From NCBI GenBank assembly GCA_002633005.1, contig NMRA01000011.1:1771275-1835274 (forward strand): a DNA stretch of 64,000 nucleotides, written 5' to 3'. Below, piece by piece: positions 48,792-62,629 of the stretch. A program made the translations under genes and the position numbers. The first letter of the stretch is position 1, and each line of letters opens with the position of its first letter. A model generated the notes under the pieces. That model worked only from the letters and a program-made list of their open reading frames with translations. It had not been told where the DNA came from and searched no databases. The stretch comes from Phoronis australis (taxonomy: Eukaryota > Animalia > Phoronida).

Positions 48792-50517
48792 ATTTTATGC
48801 GCCCACATATTTATATGTGGTCGCATATTGCCGTCATCTCTGTCTGGGCATCCTGACTTCCGGGCGCCCGGTGTCGAGCCTCCGCAGCTGTATTTCCTAA
48901 ACCCCGAGCAAGATCTTAATGAAATTCGGCAGACGTGTTCCTATTAAGCTGACGACGGACGACGACAAATTTTGGAGCGGTCTCACTACCAGTGTGCCCC
49001 TAATGGCAATTTTAGTTGTTTACGCTTACCTCTGTATCTTTGGAGGTCCTCAACGGTTTCGCCTAAAATTTGGCAGTTAGGCATCTATTAGTGAGGTGAT
49101 GCCACCCCCTCGTTTTCGGACGGATTTGAGGTACTTTGCGTCACTTAGTAGCCATTTTTACTCTTTTCGAGTCAGTTTTTGGCGTCCGCCCTTCTATCAA
49201 CCAAACCGCTCTGGGTATGATTTTGAAAATTGGCATATGTGTTGTTACTGTAAAAAGGGCGGCTGACAATGATTTTCTGACGACTTCGACTACTCCGGCG
49301 CCTCGTAGTGGCAGTTTTGTTATTTTTGCGGCCATGGCTGTACCTCCTAAACCGTTAGTGGGAATCTTTTAATAATTGTAGCAAGTATATTCATATGATG
49401 TTGGCAGGGAACGACGACGACTTTCGCATCGATCGGTCTACATTTGCACCCCCTAGTGGCAATTTTTGTTTTTTTACGTTTACCTTTGTATCATCAAAGG
49501 TCCTCAACCGATTTTCATAAAATTTGGCAGATAGGCGTGTATTATTGGGATGACGCAACCCTCCCGTTTTCGGATGGGTTCGGTGTATTTTGCACCACCT
49601 AGTGGTCATTTTTACTGTTTTTTTGGCGTCCACCCCTCTATTAACCAAACCGTTCTAAGGATATCCTGAAAATTGGCATGTACACATGTATGTTCTTACT
49701 ATGAAGGAGATGGCTGACGATGATTTTCAGACGACTTCGATCACTGTGGCGTCTCCTAGTGGTAGTTTTGTTTTCTTGGGCTCATGACTGTATATCCTTA
49801 ACCGTTTGCAGGATGTTTACTAAACTTAGCAAGTTTATTTATTTGATGTTGACAACAATTTGTCCCCTGGTGACAATTTTAGTTTTTAACGTTTACCTCT
49901 GTATCAATGGTCCTCAACGGATTTTCATAGAATTTGGAATAAAGACATCTGTTGGTGAGGTGACGCTACACTGCCGTTTTCGAATGGATCGAAGGTATTT
50001 TGCGCCACCTGGTGTCTATTTTTACTGTTTTTAGCGTCCACCTCTCTATCAACCAAACCATTTTAAGGACGATTTTTAAAATAGGCGGATATGTTCTCCG
50101 TGTGATGAGAACGGATGACGATGACGACTTCGAATACTGTGGCGCCTCCTGGTGGTAGTTTTGTTTTGCGCCCATAGCTGTATCTCCTAAACCCAGTACA
50201 GGATCTTTATTAAACTTTGTAAGTGTATCTTAATGGAGCTAACAATACACAACGACAACTTTCAGGTGGACGCTTTGCCCTCTTTTGGCTATTTCATATT
50301 TTGTTTTCCATTGTTTCTCTGAAGTTCCTTGACAGATTTTTATCAAATTTGGTAAATAGCTTTGAATTACAGAAGCGATGCCATGTTCAGTTTTCAGATG
50401 GATTGGACGTTTTGCGCCGTCTAGTGGCCATTTTTATGATAGAAATAAACTACTCTAGAAGCATACGGTTTGTGGTGCATTCGTGGGCACATTTCAAAGC
50501 TCCTCGTTGCTCTTGTT
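48792..50517 (+). mobile_element. Second Helentron-type (HINE-like) element with diverged tandem cores
   Basis: 5' ttttatgcgcccac...gtggtcgcata palindrome; recurring cctagtggc / aaatttggca cores; 3' gtgggcacat and cttgtt end. Confidence 0.7.
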
Positions 50518-53099
50518 CATATTAGTATCAACGGTTATTTTTCTCTCTTTATGAACATTCTCTTGAAAGTATTGTATGCAATTATATAAAAATTCTAGCA
50601 TCGGTATTAGAAAGTACTAGGCTCTACCACATCACCTTCACACATATGAGCGAAAGTAGGAGCTATATTTTGAGGGGGAGTGAATCAAAGTAATTTGCCC
50701 AAACTTAGCCAGTGGGCCTCGAGCTATAGGAAGACATTTCGTGAAAACTTTCATCTCGCAATTTTCCTTGTTTTTGGATGACTGACTAAAGTGATTCTAA
50801 TTAATTATTTTAAAAGTTCTCACTTTCAACTTGAGCATTTTCTTTAAAAACGAAGTTTATATGGATTATTGTGTAGGAGAGTAGTAGAGGGCGCTGCATA
50901 CATAAGCACTGGTCAATCATAAACAAAGAAGCCCATTTCTGGTTCTTCACTGGGGTATATACAAATTACACAACTACCTCGAGCACGAGATTAAGAAATC
51001 TGTGGCAGATAGACAAAAGTAAAGTTCAAACGAGATTGTGTCACGCATCAGTTTTGTGAGAATAGTAGTTGTATATACCTATTACACTATTAGTTTTGTA
51101 CATTATTACTTCATTTTACAATGAACATCTCAATCACATTCCATTTTTCTAACTTGCTTAACTTAGCGCGAATCACCGCAAGCAAAATATTGTCCTAGAT
51201 AAAAATATATTTCCACGCATAACATGCTTCACATTGTTTTTCGGTATATTTCTAGTAATGTAATAATCAAATTGCGGTAGAATTTATCAGTCAAGTGTCC
51301 CCTAGAATTACGAAGTTTTATACATTATTTTCAGTTTATTTTGAAAAAAACGATGATGCCATGTTGAAAAGGCATCGTTTGAAAACACATGTAAATGATG
51401 TTGGTTGGTTTGTGCTCATTTTAATGAAAATGAAGTCGAAACAGTATTTTAACTTGTCTGGGAACAGGATATTAAGTTGTTTTTGGTGCGAGTAATGAAA
51501 AGTGAAGTGAAATATCTGAAAGGCATAAAATAATGGAAGAACGCACAGAATAGGAAGGAAATTAGGCTCCACAGTTGATGTTTCTTTTGTATTTCAGCAA
51601 CAATTCAAGTCATTTCAGCACGCACATCAATCAAAATTGTCAGCATAAGAAATTTGGCTGTTTGATATGACCTTTACAGAGGGCATGATTAATATGACCA
51701 ACGGTATTGTAATTAATGAAACCGAACCAATCTTTATGAACTACAGATAAAAATATGACGGTGTTCAGGTACTTTTAAACCAGATTGGAGAATGCTTATA
51801 AAATACATTTTATTACCATGAAAATTTTAAAGAAAAATATCCCCGAAAACACAGGTTGCCACAACTAAACAAAACAACGAATAAATAAATGGTATTAATA
51901 CTTACTAAAAATAAAAACAATCAACTTTACAAGAAATTTCCATTACATCTTTAAAAACTTTAAGAATGTGAAAATACTGACCAAGGAGTAAAAATTAAAA
52001 ATCCACTTATCTGGTAATAGTTCATCAATATTCAATGTTTTAGCCTATTACATGTCTCAATGATCACGACATATCACAACTTTGTGCTCCATTTTACTTA
52101 TATTTCCACTGTACTCACTCAAATTGTTTCAAACGCCGAATAACTCTGAATGACTTTTATTTCAATTATTTGAATTTGGAGGGAGGCCGGATGAGGGGGT
52201 CCAGAGAAGGTATTTGCTGGATGTGCCTTATTTTGACGACGCTGAATTTGTCTCTTTAATTGTTACATGTTTTATACCTGTTGTGATGTAGGGTGAGCAT
52301 CTCTGGTAAAAGTTTACTAAAACAAATCCAACACAATTGAAGTCCACGTTTGTCATACTTTCTCCTACTCATTTGCCACACAGTTCAGTTGAAACACCTT
52401 GAAAACCTAAATTCATCTCTTGTTCATTTACATGTAATTGGTATTAAAGATGGTTTCTTATTTTATCACTACGTTGCAGGAAATCATTTTTAAAAGGCTA
52501 TTTTACTAACATGTCCTATTTTGCTTGGTCAGTGTAACCAACAGTATTCATTTAAAAGCATGTGTTGGAATTTTCTAGACGATTTATTGTACACGGACTC
52601 TAAATTTCAAGAGTTTGTCAAATTCATTGGATAACTACACACAGCACCTTATCCACATTTGAATGAGATGAAAAATGTCAATTGTCAGGTTTAAGCCGTT
52701 TTTAAAGCTCCTAGAGCTCAGGACCCATTGACAGCTCTTTGAAACGTTGTGTATTCAAATGAGGTGAGGATGAACAGACAAATAGCGAGCTATTTTTGGA
52801 ACGTTACTTTTTGAAAGCCTTTTGATCAATTTGGAATCTTATTGTACTGGTACCAAAGCCATGCCAGTCAATTACTGCAAAAAGTGTAATTTAAAATAAA
52901 AAGAAATATATTACAGTAACCAGTGTTACTTGAATACCCAACCCCCTGGGATTATCAGTCACTTTAAACAAAATACATGAACAGGAATGCATAAACAATA
53001 AAGCTCAAAAATAATTAAGAAATTAAGTGAACAGAAAATTCCGCCGTCTATTAAAAGCACCTTCTTTATATCTAGCCATAACATTACATTTTTTCATAA

Positions 53100-53260
53100 A
53101 ATAGTAAGCTTGTCTTCACAAAGTAACAGGTCGACATTCGGGAGAATAAGTGTGATTTTATTAAACAACAAAATTCTTAAATCTTCGTAAAAAGAAGAAT
53201 GGCAAAGAAAATGAATTTCATCTTCAACAGCGTGCAAATTTCCAAGCAAACAAAATCTGT
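53100..53260 (-). mobile_element. LINE 3' fragment
   Basis: VEDEIHFLCHSSFYEDLR, the ED..HF...Y..LR C-terminal motif of CR1-group ORF2. Confidence 0.55.
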
Positions 53261-54287
53261 TTCAGAGATCTATGTTACACACATCCCAGATTCATTTTGA
53301 AGTGGGAAAATTCCAAAACAAAACTGTGATAAACGTTATCTATCGATATCAGACAGGAACTAAAGTAGTTTTCATTAAAAAAGATCCTTTTAAAATTTTG
53401 TCTACTGTTCTCAATTTTACAGAAAATCTGGGTGCAAGAATGGAGAATCCGTAATTTTGCTATTTTATAGCTATGACCATAGTTAATAACTTCTGGACGT
53501 CCATCACAGTAGCGATAAATTATACAAAAAAAAAATGTTTTTAGTTCATGTGTCCAATAAAAGTACCATTCAACACCATCTTACAAAGCTTTTGAGTTTC
53601 ATTTTTTGTGGTGGAAGGTTTTGTTTTGGTTTGTTAACAAGGCGATTTAGCGTTCATAATTGAACATGATAAAACTATGAACCCAATGGAATTCACTCGT
53701 TACTTCAACGAACAGATTCACCGTCGGTAACTTGATGTACTCTAGTTCTCGAGCCGGCTTGACTTACATTTAATTAGCGCTACGTGTGTCTTTTAAACTT
53801 ATTATCGACTAGAATACACCTTCAAATACTTTCATATGATTACAAACGGCTTAGTCTGATCCTTAACATTCTTGACAATTCCTCTTCTTTTTCAGTCATG
53901 GAAGACGACATCACTGAATTCGCATTCCACCCAGTCGTCATAACGAGCAATTTTGGGTCATTTTGTTTGAATTAATTTTGGCGTGTACTGTACTTTCACT
54001 GAAGTCAATATGTTGATTTTTAGTCGCCACAAATGTGAAATATTCTCGACTACGCTTCAAAAAATTACCGGAAATCATGCACATGCACAGATTGTTTTCA
54101 TTTCCAAGGTGATACATGCACAATAAATAACGATAAATGAGCAATAAGTGTGTCTCAGTGACTAGTCTTTAACTTTCCATAACCTGTCGACATAATGCGG
54201 AGTTAGGGAGAGAGGGATTGCCCGATTTTTTTCTCTAGAGCGTTCTTTTTGTTTTAGGTCGAACCATCACTTTCAACTGTATGCAAA

Positions 54288-54497
54288 ATGGACGAAGCAG
54301 ACTCCCAGAGACTTAAACACAACAGGACAGCCTTACTGAGCAATGTGGACCCAAATGGCGGTATCATCGACTATTTGATCGAAAAGGACATTTTAACTGA
54401 CAACGATAACGAAAGATTACGCCAGGAAAGAACACCCACAGACAAAACACGACTACTTATTGAAACTTTACCCAAGAGAGGGAAAAGGGCGTTTCCG
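54288..54497 (+). CDS. CARD-domain protein, first CARD exon
   Basis: MDEADSQRLKHNRTALLSNVDP..IIDYLIEKDILT....ERL....T..DKTRLLIETLPKRGKRAF is a classic CARD pattern; acceptor at 54257, donor gtagat at 54498 (phase 0). Confidence 0.9.
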
Positions 54498-55194
54498 GTA
54501 GATGCATGTTAGGTTTCATCTGTCTCCTCACGAAAGCAGACTGAGCGATATTTAGTAGCTCTTGCAATGCCATTAGTTATCCAGTTTCTCACAATGCGCC
54601 ACCTGTCGAGTATTTGTAGAGTCAAGAGTTTTGTTTAAATTTCGCGACTGTCACAACAATAGAGCGGTAAAATAAAATAAACACTTCTTGTATTCGATGA
54701 TTAGATTGTGGTTGGAATGGAACGCATACTAATTGTTTTAGATTGATTAAACGCCTTCATGTTTATTAATCTCAGTTGGCCATTTCAAGCTGTATATCGA
54801 CCCTGTTTAGCAGTCAGAGTTGAGCTGAAACCGAAGTACTTCAGGGTTCAAAACTTTTCCACTCTACGTGTAACCAGATCTTGAACTGCTATCGGATGAG
54901 CCTGCAACACAAGTCACCGACAATGAGTACTGATGTACAATTTTCGAATCAGTAATTATATAGAGTTGGATAGTCCCAATGAACTCTCAAGCGTTTTCTT
55001 GAGGGTTTCCTTGTTTTTGTTGGTAATGAAAATAGAATCCTATCAGGGTTTGGAATGAGATGAGACTGATTTTACGAGACTAAAGTGCCTAATTCGATTT
55101 TTGATTTTAACTAAACATGACGAAATGAAGATTTAACTCACACTGTAAGTTGTCAAGTCATTGCTAACGAAATTTACCTACGTATCAGTTTCCA

Positions 55195-55440
55195 ATGTTT
55201 CCTCATTTTATTCCACCCTTTCTTTTTTCATTCCACCACGTCCTCCTCGATTCTTTCCACTCGTCATTCATTCCCTTTGTTCCACGTTCACCACCCTTCT
55301 TCCTTCATTCAACGCTTTTCGCCTCAAGCTTCATTTCTTTCATTTCCTCATCATTCCGTGTCTTTTTTCCTTCTCCATTCCCTACGGTCCTCCTCAATTG
55401 CCTCCCCCCGCCACCATCCGCACCTTCCTTCCTCTCCCTT
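55195..55440. repeat. Pyrimidine-rich low-complexity tract (intronic)
   Basis: TTC/TCC-rich; explains the three overlapping F/S/P-rich ORFs. Confidence 0.85.
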
Positions 55441-55529
55441 AATCCAAAATTGTTCTAGCTGGAAGGACGACACGTTCTTTATATCTGTCTGATATCCACT
55501 CTTCGTATATTTGAATACCTGTTTTTTAG

Positions 55530-55590
55530 GTTTTTCTAGAGGCTCTCAAACGTTATCAACAGGAATATGTTTATGACCTGCTTATGAGCG
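55530..55590 (+). CDS. CARD-domain protein, second exon (VFLEALKRYQQEYVYDLLMS)
   Basis: tttttag / gtaagt; phase 0-1; supplies the F..AL...Q..L..LL end of the CARD. Confidence 0.9.
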
Positions 55591-55723
55591 GTAAGTCATT
55601 CAAAAACTTATCATGCCGCTTACATGTACATTAAAAACGCAGATTTAACGGACTAAAGTGTTTTTCACCTTTTACAGTTATTGCAGTTCTTCTCTCACTA
55701 TTCTAAACACGTTTGTTTTACAG

Positions 55724-55780
55724 ACGGAAGTCCTCCACCATCTATCGCCTCGAGTATTAAGCAACATATTTTTTCTTCAG
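55724..55780 (+). CDS. CARD-domain protein, linker exon (DGSPPPSIASSIKQHIFSS)
   Basis: ttttacag / CAG|gtaagt, 57 nt, phase 1-1 open. Confidence 0.8.
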
Positions 55781-57650
55781 GTAAGTCAGCTTAATGTGCA
55801 GGAGCGTCGTTTACATAAATAGTAAGAACAACCCTAACAATAGTACTCGGATAACCGAAGCTAGAAAGCAAAAACAAAAAGGTAATCAATTAATTTGAGC
55901 CAAGGCGGTACCCTTGCGCTACTTAAAAGTTGAATTTTCTTTTTAGAACAATGTGACATCATTTCTAGAATCTATAAATCTACATGCACCGGCCTCTAAC
56001 CTATTTAAATAGGGTCAACCCGGATTAGAACAGCGACACTCAAATCTTGCTGTACACGTACATGTATTTACCCGCAATGCCGTAAACATCTGTCAGCCAA
56101 ATTTGCAGCCTTGTTTTCGTGACATTTGAGCTTCACATGTTATTTGCTGTTGTCTGATTCTTTACAAGTTATTCTCGAAGTACAGTGTGTTACTGCTGTG
56201 CTGTGCGCTGCAACTCCGACGTGAGAAAGTTAGACAAAATGTAAAAATTCCCGTGGATGTGTGATGTGAAGTTGTTCGACTTTCCAACATCAATGAGAGA
56301 CACGAAAATGTGCCTGACTTCCCAAACGACATTACGCAAGTTCTTGTCTCCGAAAAATGATAGTGCTTCCGTCGTGTAAACCAAGAGGGCCATATTGGGA
56401 CGAAGTTAGGTCGATGATTTCTTCTGTCGTCTTCAGATAATACAGCGTTCTGTGAAGTATCTATAAAACGCTAATCAGTTCGGACCCAGATGTTGAGTGG
56501 GCAACTGCCGTTCGACTCCGTCGGACAGAAACTTCTCGAGAGCTGCCGCTAGGACACCCGCCCCCGCCCGACGCCTCCTTCCCAATAGTTCCCGCGAAGG
56601 AAAAGCGCCTGGTTCTGTGGCTTCAAATCCACGGCGTGTTTTTTTTTTTCTCTTTGTCTCAATGAGTCGTGGCCTCAGTCGACCAGTCGAAGCCGAACAC
56701 AATTCGGAGGTATTTGTCCGCGGCCTGCGATTACCGTTTACTACGCCTTCTAGGTCGCGTGCTCAATATTCGGAGACGAGAGAATTCAAAGAAACTATGT
56801 CAAAGTTGAATAACTTTAGGAGAGAAGTGAAGGGGCGGCCTCGGTATTTTATGCTTACCCGTTCGCCGCCGCGTAGACGTAACCTGTGTGCTGCGGTCGC
56901 GTGCTTCGACATATAGAGAGACCTACTACGAATTCACGATGACGAGGTGAGAGTTCCTCGCTTATTCTTCCCGTTAAAAGTACTTTTATATCAGAGGTAA
57001 GTGGCCAAGATCTTAGCCTTTATTTCAGTCTTTAGTGCATTGCCATAGATACATGTAAATAAACTTTTTGACCACGTTTTGTAAAAAGCGAACCGATGCC
57101 CATACAGTCACGCCGGGGTTTTCCTTTGTCTCCGGCGTAGGCTAAACTAGCTACTAGTCCACAGAGTCAACTGTTTAAAAGTTTCGCGTTTCCCGTTTTA
57201 ATCAATCAGTTTGGTGTTAAGTCCTGATGTGGAATCAGTCGTGCTGCGGAATAGTATGGTCATAAAAAGTACACAGTCATCACATTTTTACATTTTGGGT
57301 TTAAATTGAATTGTAAACAAAGACAGTTTCAAGTCAGGTCAGGTGTTAATGTTTATCTGGGTCAACCTTTTGCCACGTTGGACTGGTACAGGATGACATA
57401 ATCCCACTGGGAACTTTCTTTCAATAAATAAAATTTTCAAGTTATCAAATAAGTTTGATCACGTCAAGAATCGCATTCACGTGTGACAATTTCCTGCTAT
57501 TGTGTGTGTCATGCCAAATATTAGTCAGTGAAAATCCAAACCTGTCAGAAGAACCCAACTGAACTCGACCTGACAGGCATTCTTTGATATGGGCAAAAGA
57601 GCCCGTATGTTGCAGGTTACTCAAACCTGATGGAAGCACCCGCAAACTTA

Positions 57651-57781
57651 CCCAGAATTCAGTAGCGCTAGGACTTTGTTGAAAATCAAGACTTCGCAAG
57701 ATTACGTGGGATGTTGCTACGTACGAGAACGCGTGATTTTGGCTACATTTTTGCGAGGTCCTAGCATTACTGAACTCTACC
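57651..57781. mobile_element. MITE, same family as 24786-25008
   Basis: ttcagtagcgctaggac...gtcctagcattactgaa TIRs. Confidence 0.65.
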
Positions 57782-58566
57782 GTGTTGAATCGACATGTTA
57801 AAGCTGGTCGTGGAGAACACTGATGTATCAAAATGACTCCCAAGCATAATTGATTGTTGTTTTTCTTTTCTCTTTTACAGTTACCGGTGTTTATGAAAAA
57901 AACAATTAACCCAAGATTGGGAATGCCTTTTTGCAAATAATTTTTCGATTATTGGTTGAAAACTTCATCTTTATAAATGAAAAAGAGGAAGCAAAGAATT
58001 TTATTGGACTACCTACCAACACTAATCCTCCATGAACCCAATCGAACATTGTCTGAATATCTGCGCGCAATACACGTTCAGGTACCGGATACGTCGAAAG
58101 AGGTGTGCGGTTAAACTCCATTTGCTGGAACACAGTGTGAGACATGTGTACCACAGAAGCTGTTGTATTCTACATTCCAAGGCCACTGCACTTCGGTTTG
58201 CCACATTATTTTCGCACAGCATTCCGACCTATTGCTCTACTGTGACGGGATCAGCACTAAGCTAATTTGATTGAGGACTTTGTTCACTACAGCTAAACAT
58301 GTGAAGCGTATGTTCACAAATAGATCTGTACATGTGAATTTGAGGTATGGTAATAAAGACCCATTGTGTGTATGTACTTCGTGGTATTACCATCATCACA
58401 TTGTGTTCGATGAAAGAAACGGGCGTTTGACAAAGAATGAAATGCTATAAACAAAAGATTGGATGGCAATAGAAAATAGTACCTTAACGCATTGATAACA
58501 TCACAGCTTTTAGGTGATATTTTTGTTGCCTAACTCAAGCATGTATCCCCAGGACCACTCCCCATG

Positions 58567-61243
58567 CAGTGGCGGATCTACGTTTTCAGTAAGGGGGGTA
58601 GGATTCCTGCAAAGGTCGAATCCGAAACGCGTGACACCGAGCGGGGGGTGGGGGTAAACCCTCCTCCCGTGTATGACAACTTTTTGTTTTTGTAGCCAAA
58701 CAGTGAAATTTCCATGCATCCTGGTACGTTTCTGGCACTTAACATGTCCCTGGAGTTTTTCTTAAGATGATTAAAACCCTTCCCGATTTCGTCACATGAA
58801 CTTGGCTCATAAGTTTCGTGAAACCATATTTGTGCACATCTGGGTATGAGTCACACAACCAGCAAAACATCTGCGTACACACACCTTTTTAGCATACGAA
58901 AAAGTGTGGTGTGTATACAGGGGCTTAGACAACTACCAAATATCCAAGAGCATAAGGAGTACCGACGGGGTGTAAAAACTTGAATATCAGATGATCGCAA
59001 CAGCCTCAAGCTGTTTAAGAACGAAGACCTGAACTGTTAGTCCGGAAATAAACATGTGTTCTGTCTCGTTACGAAACAAACTGGCGAACGATGGTGCTCT
59101 CAGCTCATATTCTATTATTAAAAGCGACACTAAATAATTAAGTATCACTTTATTAAGCTGAATCACGTTGACAACAATTGAAAAACGTCAAATGTATCAT
59201 GAAACAAATCATCTGAAAACAGTTTCACGAAACCAAAACATTCTATTCACCGTGGTGAAAATATATATACAGGAGCAGTTTGCAGAGGGACCAGTTGTAC
59301 ACTGAGAGTACACAAAAACTCTGGCCAGGTCCGTCACGAGACCAAAAGTACATCTGTGCTTATTATCCCTATGAAAATAGTCGATCTGTCGCGGGACCAA
59401 ACAGTACTGGCTGAGTTAAATAGTTTTACAAAGCACACTTTGGTAAAAAACATCGTAAGACTTATTCGCCGAGGGACCAGACAATACACTAAAACTCAAT
59501 AGCTACACAAATCAAGCTGGCCTGGTCCGTCACGAGGCCTAAAGCGTACTTTGCAAAAAAAATTAAATTGAAAACTTCTCTCTAGACACTTTTTAATCCC
59601 AGTGGTTGCTCATACGTGTAGTTTACACATCTGGTGGTCAACTGCTGCGAGAGGTTGTCTAGGAAGGGTTTTTCCACCGTTCTGTAGTACTCACTGGAAG
59701 AAACAAGTATTGAATACAAATTTAACTACTCGCTACGTGAAATAGATTTTGGATATGAAGCAGATGGACTCAAGTGAAAATACGAACCAGAATCAGTTTC
59801 TGTGCGCTCGTAGACCCTCTGCTGTACTGGGTAAATTTGGCATGTCCAAAAATAGTTTCTATTTCGTTTTCATTGTACACGGGCATAAAAAACCGACATT
59901 ATTACAAACTTGTAGAATTATAACTTACTACTGGGTGTTTCTTCAGGAACGTTGTTATCTTTCTGTTGTCTAGACTGCCGAGGAATCTGTACATCGGATC
60001 CAATGGGTTGCTCCTCTTGGAACCATTCTACCCAGACATCTTCGACGTTTGCTCCCAACACTTGCTCTTCGTCAACTGCTGTGTCAATGAGCTTGTACGC
60101 CTTTACAATGTCAGCATCTCGTTTCGCAGTTCAGTTGGCACTAAGCCCCCTGAGGTTACCAAGTCCATTCAAAAAACTTACAGCATGCGCAACTAAATTT
60201 GATCCGTTCATCATGGACTACTTCAAACCTTGACGATGTATCACAGGACCCATTTGCATCTCTGCAATTTTTGAAATAAACGTCCCAATGCCTGAACGCT
60301 TGAAACCCGAAGTACTAACATCAAATAAATGTCTATGGGCAAGGGCGTTTCGTCGGGTGGGCTTTTCTGCGGAAATTCCCAGTATAGAAAACGGCAGTGG
60401 TGATTATTGCAGGAAGAAAGACGGTAGGTGTTGAGATCGGCACTACGGCTCCTTAGGAGGCCTATTGAACATCTCACGATTCCCGCAAGACTTTGTTGTG
60501 AAAATACAGCCTCCCCGCAATTTTTGGTACTGTACACTGTTCGCGAATGCGGTCACTTTGTCAATGTGTGTGCCCCCGTGGTCATTCCTTGTATAGACAT
60601 AACCTGTTAGAATGCATCTTCAAACAGACTCGCGACCAGACCACGGCGACCGCCACAATAGCAGTTCATCGGAAAACGATTTTTTTTTCAAAAGTATTAC
60701 ATGTACATGTACACTGTATGATATTGCGCAAGACAACTTTACTATACACCAGTCAAATTCGAGTTACAAACGTGTGGGGTGTAATAGGATGACACGGTAT
60801 GGCAGATGAGGTAAAAACACTGCACGACAATTCGCCTGAATATCAGGGTTGCGGCACCACAGTATTTCCCCTAATCAAATCAAAACATATCTTAGAGTAA
60901 AGAAACTATAGTTACCTAAAGAAATCAGCTATAGAGCTGTTCTTTCAGTGGTGGATCCATCTGCAATGCTCGGCTACTTCAGAAGTGTCGACGGAAGCGC
61001 GCGCACAATTGAACTCCGGGGTTTTGCCGATGAGCCACGAAGACTCGAAAAGCGTTGATTTTCATAACAGTAATTCACAATCCAAAAAACTATATTTTCA
61101 GAGTGAACCCCCCGCTCATTTTTTCCAAGTTGATTTACTTGGTGCCGTTTTTGTTTTGCTGGACACGTTTTTTTTAATTTTTGGGTCCTGGCCCGAGGGG
61201 GGGTTTAAACCCCCTGAACCCCCTCCCCGTAGATCCGCCACTG
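58567..61243 (-). mobile_element. hAT DNA transposon with decayed transposase and 6-bp TSD
   Basis: TIR cagtggcggatctacg / cgtagatccgccactg; cccatg on both flanks; minus strand ~60220-59620 reads GL..LRGLS...KRDADIVKAY..ID...WF...PRQSRQ..NVP, EYYR..PFLD (THAP12/ZMYM1-type hAT core). Confidence 0.85.
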
Positions 61244-61717
61244 CCCATGTGTAGCTCAAACCCGGCTAAATCTGATTCCCTTACGCTAGGTGGTAACCGT
61301 GCGAACTACGGATTTCAGCTAGTGTGATAATGAATGGAACTTTTTGGCACACGTGGGAATTGAAACATAGGTCTTTCGGTTGTCAGTTCAGCGTTCTCGC
61401 CACTAGAAAGTAAACATTTTGTCAAGAGGAACGACCAATATTGCGGACGTATCTGCAGTATGGATTGTTCATTCATTTAAGCTGCACAGCTAGGAGTACA
61501 GATGCAGGTCTAGGCAATGCACGCATCTATAAAAACCTGAATACACATATTTGGTGACCAACGACATATTTTAGACAAAATACATTGTAGCACGAATAAC
61601 CAAAGAGGGCAATCGTCTGTTGGTTTGCTGATCCCATTACCCTGTTAAAATGTTCGGCTTCAAAAGGGTGTGTGCAAAATATTTGTTGTAATCTGCATAT
61701 AATTATTATGTTTTCAG

Positions 61718-61744
61718 AGAGAAAAGTAGCACCTGCCAAGGAAG
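61718..61744 (+). CDS. 27-nt microexon of the CARD gene (ERKVAPAKE)
   Basis: ttttcag / AAG|gtaaga, phase 1-1 open; duplicated at 62630. Confidence 0.7.
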
Positions 61745-62629
61745 GTAAGATTGATGCTCTGTTGATAATTGACAATACCGAAAAACAAAGTAAGTAACAG
61801 ACAAAGGAATCTCATGTACCCCAAAATTCTTGTAAGCTAGGTTAGCCAATGCTTCGTGGTTTAACGGCACGTTTATATCACCATATTCTAAGTTCTGGGA
61901 TACTAATGTATTCCTTCAGTTTAGAAGACGAAAACCGTACATGTATATGTAGGTTACGATAACAATATCTATATATTCAATAATATCTACTAACATGTTA
62001 CAACGAAATTTAATATCAACGCACGGATACATTGAAAGGAAAAATGCACCATTTATGCCAACAAACACATTCGCAAATATATAATTATTTAAAAAGAATA
62101 CTGTTATAATGTATTCTATAGCAGAGTTTTAATTTCTGCTAACGATAAGGACCTGAAAAACAGTCTTTCCACAAAACTTTTCGGGAGCCTCAGTTCTAAC
62201 TTTGTGCATGTATTCGTAACTGGGACAATTGCATCCTTTTTAGTGAACAATTTCGTCGCAACACAAACAACCACATCACGAGACAGTAGAAACATTCTGT
62301 CCATATTTTTCAGAATCTTGTTGCTTGCTTGTTTTTGTGGTACTTATTTTACGTGTAGAAATCGTTCTTTAAGTTTCTAACTGCTCACCATCAACCTTTG
62401 CATCACTTGTCGGCATTATATATGTGCCGTGACGATAATCAACGTCTGCCTGGTGTTCAACTAATGTGAAAACTAATAGTAACAAGACAAAATATTATGC
62501 AACACAAATAAGCAAAGAGAACAATCGTCTGTTGGTTTTTTAATCTCATTATCGTGTTAAAATTTTCAGCTTCTAAAGAGTTTATGCAAAATGTTTGTTG
62601 TAATCTGCATGTAATATTTATGTTTTCAG

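Noticed and set aside
53765-53915. Minus-strand exon MSSSMTEKEEELSRML... with a gtaagt donor
   Set aside because: Several in-frame stops and no partner exons identified.
55161-55492. Three overlapping F/S/P/H-rich ORFs
   Set aside because: Low-complexity pyrimidine tract inside the CARD intron.
56475-56916. 139-aa and 75-aa ORFs
   Set aside because: No recognisable domain, R/S/P-rich, and expected by chance in a GC-rich patch.
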